Below, in pieces: positions 45,299 through 53,216 of a stretch of DNA of 64,000 nt. Source of the DNA: a virus. Each line of letters opens with the position of its first letter. The stretch's first letter is position 1. The stretch is from IMG/VR virus record IMGVR_UViG_3300042555_002918, positions 64,001 through 128,000 of that record; one strand, given 5' to 3'. The translations under genes were made by a program, and so were the position numbers. The notes beneath the pieces are model-generated. The model saw nothing but the letters and a program-made list of their open reading frames with translations. It was not told where the DNA came from and made no database searches.

Positions 45299-46975
45299 CT
45301 ACTCTCCGCTATCGACTGGAAATGTCTCAGAGCCTGGAACAGGTTCCTGGGGATCAACTGGCTCACTTTGAGGAGCCCCACCGAGAGGTTGTCCTGTCAT
45401 TGGATCTATTTGCATCCCGGTAGCTGGGTCCACAATAGGAGGCGGTATAATCTCACCTCGGGCCATCTCCTCCTGAATCTCAGATTGCATCTTTAGCTGC
45501 TCATCATCGGTCATCTTAAAGATGTGCTGTTTGATCCACTTGTTTGACAAATATTTTCCAACAAACCCCTGAGCCTCGGCCGCGAGAGCCATTCGACTTG
45601 TATAGACCGTTGCCTCGGACATCTCTGAATAGTAGTTGTCAGATGCAAACTTGTACTTCCAGTTACTGAGAAGATATTCCATATCAGCTTCGTCCTGAAC
45701 TATACCTTTCAGTCGAAGTTGAGTGGCTAAAAGAGTGTCGAACAAGCTTGAGAACTGCTTTCTCAACCGATGAATCATCTTTGCAAACTGACGCTCATCG
45801 CGAGACACCATTCCCGTATTTCCAAACAACGCCACTGCATCTTGCTCCAGGCGGGATGGAGGAACATTCAATGCTCGAAGGAGCTGTTTGTTGAAGTAGT
45901 CAATTGTGCTCGTGTCGTCAAAGCCTGCCCCGCCGGGGATAGCATCAACTTGAACGGACTCTCCTGAGCTAGGTACCGGAATGAAGATGTCGTCGATGAT
46001 GGACATTACCTTGCGCTCATCGACCACGTCGCCGGTGATTGCATCGAAGGCTGTCTTTGTGCGGTATTGAGCCACAATTTGATCAAGATAGTGACTGACT
46101 TGCTTTTCCGGCATCTGCCCGGTTGGTATTCTCCACACTCTTCGCTCTGGCGCTCGGGCAACCTTATAGATGAGGGTGGCGTTCTCCATGCTCTTCAACT
46201 GAGACATGGGCCGAATAGCTTTATGTAGGTACGAGAGGATAACTGAGCTGGTAGAATCGAAGATGCCCGAGTGAACAAAGGCAATCGAATCCCTTGTGAG
46301 CTTTACTCCATTTATGATTGGATTCTTCCCAAATGGGACGACCGCCGTGCCGTTGTAATCAATTCCAAACGGAGCATAGACAAAGTACTCATTTACAATG
46401 TCCGTGTACTCAATCTGAGTGGCTGGGTCTATCCGTTTGTCGACCTCAATGAACTTCCTTATTTGACGAGGGTCAATGTAGCGAAGCTCCTTTATACCCA
46501 TGCGAGGGTCTTGATGGGGAAGGATCTGATAGAACAACCTTCCATCAGTGTAATAATTTCGGAAGAGCTGATAAGACTCATTGGTCCAGTTAAGGAGTTT
46601 GAGTACATTTTCAAACTCATCCGTGAGGATTTTCTTAACTTCATCTGGAATCTGCTCGCAATCCGTAAGGTCAAGCTCAACAGCCGAGTGTTCGCCGTCT
46701 TGTACAATACACTCATTGGTAATCTCATTGATTGCCCAGTCCACTAAAGGATGTAACGACAGATCGCGATATCGGGTAATGAGTTGGTACTCTGTCAGCT
46801 GTCCGTCAATCTTGGTCTGAGAGTTCCCGAGGTACCCGAATTGGTTGGGTGCGCCAATTACCACACTCCCATCGTTTGGATTTGGGGGCACAGGAGACGA
46901 CAGCTTTGCCTCCGAATCGCGCCGGAACGCAAAGCCGAACAGCCGAGAGATTAAGAAAGATCGTGTTTGTGCCAT
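45299..46975 (-). CDS. gp20: Portal protein
   Basis: LFGF, YRDLSLHP, DGRLFY, ELRYIDPR, SYLHKAIRP, RAPERRV. Confidence 0.95.
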   Translation of the reverse strand: MAQTRSFLISRLFGFAFRRDSEAKLSSPVPPNPNDGSVVIGAPNQFGYLGNSQTKIDGQLTEYQLITRYRDLSLHPLVDWAINEITNECIVQDGEHSAVELDLTDCEQIPDEVKKILTDEFENVLKLLNWTNESYQLFRNYYTDGRLFYQILPHQDPRMGIKELRYIDPRQIRKFIEVDKRIDPATQIEYTDIVNEYFVYAPFGIDYNGTAVVPFGKNPIINGVKLTRDSIAFVHSGIFDSTSSVILSYLHKAIRPMSQLKSMENATLIYKVARAPERRVWRIPTGQMPEKQVSHYLDQIVAQYRTKTAFDAITGDVVDERKVMSIIDDIFIPVPSSGESVQVDAIPGGAGFDDTSTIDYFNKQLLRALNVPPSRLEQDAVALFGNTGMVSRDERQFAKMIHRLRKQFSSLFDTLLATQLRLKGIVQDEADMEYLLSNWKYKFASDNYYSEMSEATVYTSRMALAAEAQGFVGKYLSNKWIKQHIFKMTDDEQLKMQSEIQEEMARGEIIPPPIVDPATGMQIDPMTGQPLGGAPQSEPVDPQEPVPGSETFPVDSGE

Positions 46976-47003
46976 GGTATGAGCTTTGTCTAAATCTGCC
47001 CTG

Positions 47004-47011
47004 TATTTATA
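47004..47011 (-). promoter_or_regulatory. T4-type late promoter for gp20
   Basis: TATAAATA. Confidence 0.75.
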
Positions 47012-47147
47012 TCTCCGAAACCGATGTTATCTGGGGAAAGCCCTCCCCCAACATTCACCAACCAGCATAAAACGTCTCAAAAACACCTCAAGCTAGAGTT
47101 GAAGGCTGACGATAGTATCGTAATGGGCAGAAATTAGAGGTGGCTGT

Positions 47148-47399
47148 ATGAGTAAAATTCTTAGTGGGGTCGAGCTGGGTAATGCAATTCGGGAGACTAA
47201 CGCTCAAAAAGGCTATCCCATCCATCCCTTATGTGACCTTTCCGGGTCATATGTATCATTCAGGGTTCTCAAACCGGTCGGCTCTTTCCGCCAGAAGGGC
47301 CCTTACCTCGAAAATCCCCATAAGCTCCTTAAGGAGCTTAGGACCCTTCCCGACAGGCCAACGAAAGGGCTCCTGGGGCTCTTAGTGCGATTCTTTTAA
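47148..47399 (+). CDS. Hypothetical protein
   Basis: RBS GAGGTG; fills gap. Confidence 0.45.
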   Translation: MSKILSGVELGNAIRETNAQKGYPIHPLCDLSGSYVSFRVLKPVGSFRQKGPYLENPHKLLKELRTLPDRPTKGLLGLLVRFF

Positions 47400-48205
47400 A
47401 TGCACATCAAGGCGCTACTTTCAAAAACAGCGGCTTCCTTGTTCATTACGAGCGCCTGTGTGGAGACCTTTGGACGACTTGCCCGGTATTTACGAACAAG
47501 GTCGAGGTGAGCCTTTATTTGGGCAAGGCTGTAGTGGCTATACTCATCAGAATACTGATTAACGCAAGCACACGGATGCATAATGCCCTCGTCTACGTGC
47601 TCGGCTCCCAGGACGTGCCCAATCTCATGAATAAGGACTCTGGTCATAAACTTCTCACCTCCCATCACCTTTGCTAGTAAAGCCGACGGGCGAGCTCCTA
47701 AGACTCCAATGCCAGAGGCAAGGCCAATCATGCCTTCTTGCTCAAAGTTAAAGGTGTCGATGTTGTCGGGATGGTCTTCAAGCAGAACCACTGTAAGGTC
47801 ATTCTGAGCTGCGCCCAAATTAGAGGCGATTTCAAACCACTGCATCCAGCGCTCTTCAATTGTCCCTACCGGCTGTTTATCGGTAACGTACACCTTTGCG
47901 ATTCGAAATTTCACATCTAGTCGCTTTTCCAAGTAGCTAATAGCCAGTTTAAGGGGACGGATTCCCCTGTCGCACTGTACGTGCCCACCGCAGACCACAG
48001 AAACTGTAAAGATGACTTTTTCGGCTGGTGATGACGAGTCCTTAACCTCAGCGGGCGTCTGATTGAGTGGCGTCATTCGGAAATTGGACGCTTGCGGCAG
48101 CTGAGTGACAGCACCTACAACCAGCAACAGGACAGACAGGATAATCCCAACAACTCTAAGTTTAGTCAGGAGCGAATACTTCTCGGCTTTCCTTTTGGAC
48201 TTCAT
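47396..48205 (-). CDS. Membrane-anchored metzincin metalloprotease (M12/M10-like)
   Basis: N-terminal TM helix; HEIGHVLGAEH and Met-turn GIMHP. Confidence 0.8.
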   Translation of the reverse strand: MKSKRKAEKYSLLTKLRVVGIILSVLLLVVGAVTQLPQASNFRMTPLNQTPAEVKDSSSPAEKVIFTVSVVCGGHVQCDRGIRPLKLAISYLEKRLDVKFRIAKVYVTDKQPVGTIEERWMQWFEIASNLGAAQNDLTVVLLEDHPDNIDTFNFEQEGMIGLASGIGVLGARPSALLAKVMGGEKFMTRVLIHEIGHVLGAEHVDEGIMHPCACVNQYSDEYSHYSLAQIKAHLDLVRKYRASRPKVSTQALVMNKEAAVFESSALMCI

Positions 48206-48254
48206 CTACATATTTAGCTGCGTCGATTCGGAGAAGGAGTCAGAACATGGCAAT

Positions 48255-48282
48255 AAAAAAGGGGAGCCGAAGCTCCCCTTTT
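48255..48282. terminator. Terminator after gp23 (bidirectional)
   Basis: A6-GGGGAGC-CGAA-GCTCCCC-T4. Confidence 0.88.
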
Positions 48283-48306
48283 CCGTTTGTTATCGATAAT
48301 TCTCGA

Positions 48307-49623
48307 TTAGAGAAGATTCTTGATCTTGAACTTTCTATACCAAACGTTGCTGTTTGCAGTGAACGCGCCAGTGCTGTTTCCTGCAAGGTTTCCGAAAGGC
48401 GACTCAACGCAACCATACCTAGTCTTGAAAGCAAGACTTGGCTGGTAACTCTTCGGATCAGTAGCTTGGAACATCTGAAGCGGAGTATATGGAGCGTAGA
48501 AGAATCCAGCATCCATTGGGCTTGGCCCCTTGTACCCTACTACAGCGAAGTTCACGTTTGCTGGAATATATGGATCAGCGTAAACCTTCCATCGTCCCAT
48601 CAATGTACCAACATAGGTACGTCCGCTCTCCTCAACACCGATGTCAACCTTAAGAGCGTCTGTGCAATCAAGGAGCTTAGCCATCGAAAGAGCGGCAGCA
48701 GTGTTGCTGTCGCAGATAACGATGTTACCAATTCCACGACGAGTCTCGCGAGCAATTGCGTTAGACTCACGAGCAAGTTGGATGATAAGTCCAACGTACT
48801 TCTCAGCATGGAATCGTCCGTCAGCATCTTGATTAAGGTCGAACTCACCTGGAGTTGCGAGGCCCTCATCCTGACATCCTACCTTAGCGATGTGGTAGAT
48901 GGTACGGATGACTTCACGGTTAATCTCACTGAGAAGCTCAGTTGCAACGATCTCAGCAAGCTCTTTCTGAGCATCAAGGCCGTGTACAGCCATGAGGTCT
49001 TGCATAAGCTCATGTGTGTACGATGCACGCAACGCACGAGTCTTAGCCTCAACTGGGATACGGTCGATGCTAAGAGACATCTCAGGCATATCTGGGGACG
49101 ATCCGCCAGTTCCAAGAGCCTCACCAGCAGCGGTCGTAAGACCGGTTCCGCGAGAGAAACCTACATCGAATGGATCAACTGTCGTCGAGTGGGTTCCGGC
49201 TCCTGTGAAGTCGGTGTCTGCCTCATTGTGAAGAGCCTCAGTTCCACCCTGGCTCGTGTACTTCGCCTTAAGAGCAAAGATGAACGAGTTTGGCGCCGAC
49301 ATTGGCTGAACGCCTGCTACGTCAAATGCCATCATGTACGGCAAAGAACGTCGAAGCATGGTCATAAGAGGAACAGTGAATCCCTTAAGATTTGGATTCT
49401 CTGGGAAAGCCCCTGCACTGTTAGCAGCAGCATCCTCGGTAATGAACTTGCTGTTAAAGTCGCGATAAACAGCGTTGGTCTTGATATCCTGTAATTGGTT
49501 CTCCAGGAGGCAAGCGATTACTCTCTCTTTATACTCGTTGAGTTTAGGGAAAGCCTGGTGGCGCAATACGCCCTTCCAGCTCTCTACGAGTACCCTAGAA
49601 GTGTCATTCTTAATCATTTTCAA
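48307..49623 (-). CDS. gp23: Major capsid protein
   Basis: LLENQ, GVQPM, RALRASYT.EL.QDL.AVHGLDA, EINREVI, DAGFFYAPY, FKTRYG. Confidence 0.97.
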   Translation of the reverse strand: MKMIKNDTSRVLVESWKGVLRHQAFPKLNEYKERVIACLLENQLQDIKTNAVYRDFNSKFITEDAAANSAGAFPENPNLKGFTVPLMTMLRRSLPYMMAFDVAGVQPMSAPNSFIFALKAKYTSQGGTEALHNEADTDFTGAGTHSTTVDPFDVGFSRGTGLTTAAGEALGTGGSSPDMPEMSLSIDRIPVEAKTRALRASYTHELMQDLMAVHGLDAQKELAEIVATELLSEINREVIRTIYHIAKVGCQDEGLATPGEFDLNQDADGRFHAEKYVGLIIQLARESNAIARETRRGIGNIVICDSNTAAALSMAKLLDCTDALKVDIGVEESGRTYVGTLMGRWKVYADPYIPANVNFAVVGYKGPSPMDAGFFYAPYTPLQMFQATDPKSYQPSLAFKTRYGCVESPFGNLAGNSTGAFTANSNVWYRKFKIKNLL

Positions 49624-49652
49624 AACTCCTATCCTTTGGTGGAAGTTAAAAT

Positions 49653-50957
49653 CTATTTATTATTCTCGGAGGCCGCCGGGATTAAATTCGCAATTAAATC
49701 TGCTTCAGAACGAACTGTAACAGCGGCGTTGCGAATACCTCCCTGAAGAGCCAGGTTTTCATTGGTAGCTCGAATACCCTCAGTTTTCTTCGCTTTTGGC
49801 ATGAAGGACGCCCTCATAACCTGAACGTTTTCTCTGAACGTATCCAAATCCTCGGCCTTAATCTTGGCGACCACGGCCTTGAAATTCTCAATTTCGGTCA
49901 GTGGGAGCCCCTTTGCGGCTTCTTCGATTACGAGAGCGCGGTCACGAAGAGAAACCTCTCTAACCAACGCTGCGTTCTCGGAAACCATCTTGTTTGACTG
50001 GTCCTCCAACTTTGCGATCTTTTGCTCGTACATCTTTACGAGAGATGCAGTCGCATCTACTGTCTCGATATCGAACGTTTCAACAAGAGTTCGAACACTC
50101 TCGAAAATCTTTTGCGCCACCTTTACCTGGGTAGCAGTGAAAAGCTTTGGCTCATTCTCTTTACGCCATGTCTCCACGACGTACTCAAGATAATGGCTTA
50201 CTTGCTCGTTGAGTTTTGCCTCACGTGCTGATGTGATAGCTTGGAACTTATCGCTGAGTTTTTCCTCTGCAAGCTTAACCGCAGTGGCAACACGGGCTTT
50301 TACTGCGCTCTCAACCGACTCATCAAAGAGTCTCTTAACAACGCACTTTTGCTCATCGGAAAGATCCTCTGAACCAGGAAGCTCCGGCTCTGCCTCAACA
50401 TTCTCATCTTCACCGTCAGCTTTGAGGGCGGCATTTGCTTTTGCAACGATATCCGAAATCTCTTCTTCAGTAAGAGATGCGGTGTCCACATCGTTATAGC
50501 CCGCTTCCTTTTCATCCTCTTCGGCGTCGACCTCGGCTTTATCCTCCTCATCGGAGTCTTCAGCTTCGGGCTCTTCCTCGGATTCGCCCATCAGGCGGAT
50601 GATTTCAGCAATCTCTGGATCGAGGTCGTCCGCCACTTCGTCACCGGAAACCTCAGCATCTGCGGGAAGATCTCCCCTCCCGGATCCTGCTGTCGGAGCA
50701 GATGTGGGGGCTGCTGGATCTGCGATTGGAGCGCCAGAAGCGGCCATAAGGTCAGCCTCTGGAAGGAGTGTTTTGCCCATCGGCTCATCAAGTTCCTCAA
50801 CCTCATCGTCAAGAACAGATTTAACTTCCTCCGGATCGACGGCTCGGTTAGCCTCGGCACCTGGCTGCTTAGCTGGTTCACTGCTTGCGACTGCCGCCGA
50901 TGGGTCAATGTCGGATTCACGAAGCAAATCTAACAGCTCGCTTACCTTTGTACTCAT
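49653..50957 (-). CDS. gp22: Prohead core scaffold protein
   Basis: Acidic N-terminal half, LFDESVE, YLEYVVETW..EN; directly upstream of gp23. Confidence 0.85.
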   Translation of the reverse strand: MSTKVSELLDLLRESDIDPSAAVASSEPAKQPGAEANRAVDPEEVKSVLDDEVEELDEPMGKTLLPEADLMAASGAPIADPAAPTSAPTAGSGRGDLPADAEVSGDEVADDLDPEIAEIIRLMGESEEEPEAEDSDEEDKAEVDAEEDEKEAGYNDVDTASLTEEEISDIVAKANAALKADGEDENVEAEPELPGSEDLSDEQKCVVKRLFDESVESAVKARVATAVKLAEEKLSDKFQAITSAREAKLNEQVSHYLEYVVETWRKENEPKLFTATQVKVAQKIFESVRTLVETFDIETVDATASLVKMYEQKIAKLEDQSNKMVSENAALVREVSLRDRALVIEEAAKGLPLTEIENFKAVVAKIKAEDLDTFRENVQVMRASFMPKAKKTEGIRATNENLALQGGIRNAAVTVRSEADLIANLIPAASENNK

Positions 50958-50968
50958 CTTAAAAACTC

Positions 50969-51319
50969 CTATAGTTCTTTTACTCTGACAAAAAACTCTT
51001 GCTCAAATCTTTGACCGTCTTCGGTCACAGCAGTACACGTTACTTGGTAGTCGTATTCAGCCTGCCCACCCGCAACGATTATTCGTGCGTGGGTGAGATA
51101 AGGAGCAACAATCTGAACGCTGGACTCTCGAAGAATTTCCGTTCCGTCAGTCCTATTATTAGGATTAGAAAGCGGCCATTTTCTCGCAGAGAATGTAGCT
51201 GAGGTCAGCTTGCCAAAATACGGAACAACCTTGTCTGAAAAGTCACATGCGATGCGCACTTCTTCGGATGGCTGCTTTGTAATTGAGCGTTGAAACTCAG
51301 GAACAATCCAGTTCTTCAT
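50969..51319 (-). CDS. Putative virion adaptor-like protein
   Basis: KQPSE...DFS...GGQAE.DY.VTC; TATAAATA at 51326-51333. Confidence 0.5.
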   Translation of the reverse strand: MKNWIVPEFQRSITKQPSEEVRIACDFSDKVVPYFGKLTSATFSARKWPLSNPNNRTDGTEILRESSVQIVAPYLTHARIIVAGGQAEYDYQVTCTAVTEDGQRFEQEFFVRVKEL

Positions 51320-51482
51320 TAGGTCTATTTATAGCGCTCGGTGGGGAGATGAATTGGGGCCACGAAAAAACGGGCAAACTTGCAGGCTGACTGTCACAAG
51401 AAATGTTTCAAACATTTCATCGGAACTGGCCTTAAGGGTATTTATGTCACCACGCCCACCCTGCGGCTAATAACTTTCCCCC

Positions 51483-51794
51483 CTAGGTCAATTGCGAATG
51501 TTGGCGCTTTCCAAATATGATTGTCGTACAGTCCCCGGCAACTGGGTTCACACTTGTAATCTGGGTAACAAAGATAGCAGGCTCAAAAGCTCTTTCTTTG
51601 ATTTTCTCGACTGAGTCTTCGTCGTTAATTGAGCATTTCAGGACCAATCCGCTGTTTATCTCAATAGTGAAGTTCTCCATGCTGGGATTAAGAATTTGAG
51701 TAATCATCCCGTACAGGGGATAGATTTTACCGATTTCCACCTCGCTAGCTTCCACGGTCAGTCCAAATTTGTTGAAGAAATCGTCGTCACTCAT
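51483..51794 (-). CDS. Hypothetical protein, probably host-derived
   Basis: DDDFFNKFG..VEIGKIYPLYGMIT..KERAFEP; own promoter. Confidence 0.65.
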   Translation of the reverse strand: MSDDDFFNKFGLTVEASEVEIGKIYPLYGMITQILNPSMENFTIEINSGLVLKCSINDEDSVEKIKERAFEPAIFVTQITSVNPVAGDCTTIIFGKRQHSQLT

Positions 51795-51832
51795 AAGGAA
51801 ACCTCACCTGACTGTTCGTCATCGTAAGGAGC

Positions 51833-51867
51833 AGCATAACGAGGTCATTTGTGTGCCGAGCATTACC
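51833..51867 (-). promoter_or_regulatory. GGTAATG-class promoter
   Basis: GGTAATGCTCGGC-N16-TATGCT. Confidence 0.8.
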
Positions 51868-51930
51868 CGGGGGAGGCATGAGCAATAAATAGATGGGAAT
51901 TACCCACCCTTCTGCGAGAAACTCGGAGAT

Positions 51931-52293
51931 ATGAAATCATTTGAACGCTTTATTGAGGAAGATGCGCGAGAAGTAACCTTTGACTACTCAAAGGAGCCTC
52001 GCTCCGCTATCGGTGCAGTAGACGTCGACAGGCTCGTTAAAACGGCCTCAATACTGCTTGACGGACCGATTACCGGGAAGAAGTTTCGGTTAGCTATTGT
52101 ATACGTAAATCCCCGACGAGACACCGGCAGCGTATTTGATGTTTTCCCGGCATATGGCTCTCCGGCGTGTTCTAGTGTTGAGGAGCTCCGGGCTCTCAAT
52201 CCAGATGTCAGCGATACTCATGATGTAATTACTCAGACTATTAACGATTTTGAGAAGTCGCCTGCGTACCAAAATGTAACAAGGCAGGGCTAA
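51931..52293 (+). CDS. Putative internal head protein (capsid-targeting-like N-terminus)
   Basis: MKSFERFIEE; AATAAATA at 51884-51891; RBS GGAG. Confidence 0.65.
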   Translation: MKSFERFIEEDAREVTFDYSKEPRSAIGAVDVDRLVKTASILLDGPITGKKFRLAIVYVNPRRDTGSVFDVFPAYGSPACSSVEELRALNPDVSDTHDVITQTINDFEKSPAYQNVTRQG

Positions 52294-52319
52294 GAACTAG
52301 CTTCGAGCTAAACCCGACG

Positions 52320-52348
52320 AAGGCTTGGGCAACCAAGCCTTTATTTTT
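52320..52348 (+). terminator. Intrinsic terminator
   Basis: AAGGCTTGG-GCAA-CCAAGCCTT-TATTTTT. Confidence 0.75.
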
Positions 52349-52374
52349 ACCCCCTCTAAATATCCGCTAACCGT

Positions 52375-52551
52375 ATGAAGACTTTTCTTCAATGGCTAAA
52401 AGAGGAAGCTCCCGTCAACAATGTTGGCGATGGCAGAATTGCCGACCTTCCTCGACCGATGGGTATATTACGAAGGCAGGTAAAAGATGGCGACAAAGGG
52501 ACCAACCGAACTCGAAATAAGCGTTCTCGCAGGATACAAACATCCAGCTAA
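52375..52551 (+). CDS. 58-aa capsid-targeting-sequence protein (absent from the ORF track)
   Basis: MKTFLQWLKEEAPVNNVGDGRIADLPRPMG...; CTAAATA upstream. Confidence 0.7.
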   Translation: MKTFLQWLKEEAPVNNVGDGRIADLPRPMGILRRQVKDGDKGTNRTRNKRSRRIQTSS

Positions 52552-52846
52552 GTCACTCCAGTCCCTTAGAAAAGACATTCTTGTTATCTCTCAACTGACA
52601 AATGCCCTGAAAAGCTATAAAGCCAAGCAGGACCCGCAGCATCTTAAGCGGGCAGTCAACCTGATAATTATTCTCTCTAACGTCTTTGAGGCTTCAACGT
52701 TAGAGTATGCCTTGTACGCCATTATGCCTAATGAGTTTTGGCCTGAGGCTGCTACGTTGCTATTCGTGCTGAAACTTTCCAAAGAGCGAAAGCATGTGGA
52801 TGAAAATCTCCTGCGGCTTTTAGGAGACCTCCGAGCTGAGCGTTAA
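52487..52846 (+). CDS. Conserved T4-like hypothetical protein
   Basis: NLIIILSNVF..FW pattern. Confidence 0.6.
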   Translation: MATKGPTELEISVLAGYKHPAKSLQSLRKDILVISQLTNALKSYKAKQDPQHLKRAVNLIIILSNVFEASTLEYALYAIMPNEFWPEAATLLFVLKLSKERKHVDENLLRLLGDLRAER

Positions 52847-53121
52847 TCGTCGATGGGCATCCCATTCTTTTCAAGCCAAAGCTCAAGGTAGTGAATGTAC
52901 TCGGCCACAATCTGAAAGTCCTCAATGATGTCTTCTTCTACGCCCTCTTTTTGATCCCTTGTGTCGTATTTGACTTGGTCATTTAGGTGGAGGGAGTCTC
53001 TGAATAGCTTAATTAGACTCCTTCGGGCAGTCTCGTGAAGTTCCCTTGGAATTGTCGCAAACGGAGCATGGTCCGGCTCCTGCTTTTGCCATATTAAAGC
53101 TTTTGCTCTCCGTAACTTCAT
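52843..53121 (-). CDS. Hypothetical protein
   Basis: CATAAATA 7 nt upstream of ATG. Confidence 0.55.
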   Translation of the reverse strand: MKLRRAKALIWQKQEPDHAPFATIPRELHETARRSLIKLFRDSLHLNDQVKYDTRDQKEGVEEDIIEDFQIVAEYIHYLELWLEKNGMPIDD

Positions 53122-53216
53122 ATAACACTATTTATGAGATTACGGAGACGCAAAAGCCTCTCCCTATTAGAGATTTGCCCCTAGGCTCCGTTGCCTAATT
53201 AGCTTTATGTCGAGCG

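Noticed and set aside
47119-47200. Additional GTAATG boxes near 47119 and 47178
   Set aside because: No -10-like hexamer at the 16-nt spacing
38714-48282. Near-identical hairpins GGGGAGC..GCTCCCC at 38714 and 48261 as ends of an inserted element
   Set aside because: Both are ordinary terminators after late genes, and the interval contains core gp20/gp21
48247-49494. 415-aa + strand ORF
   Set aside because: Antisense shadow of gp23, explained by codon bias; no motifs, and it runs through the terminator
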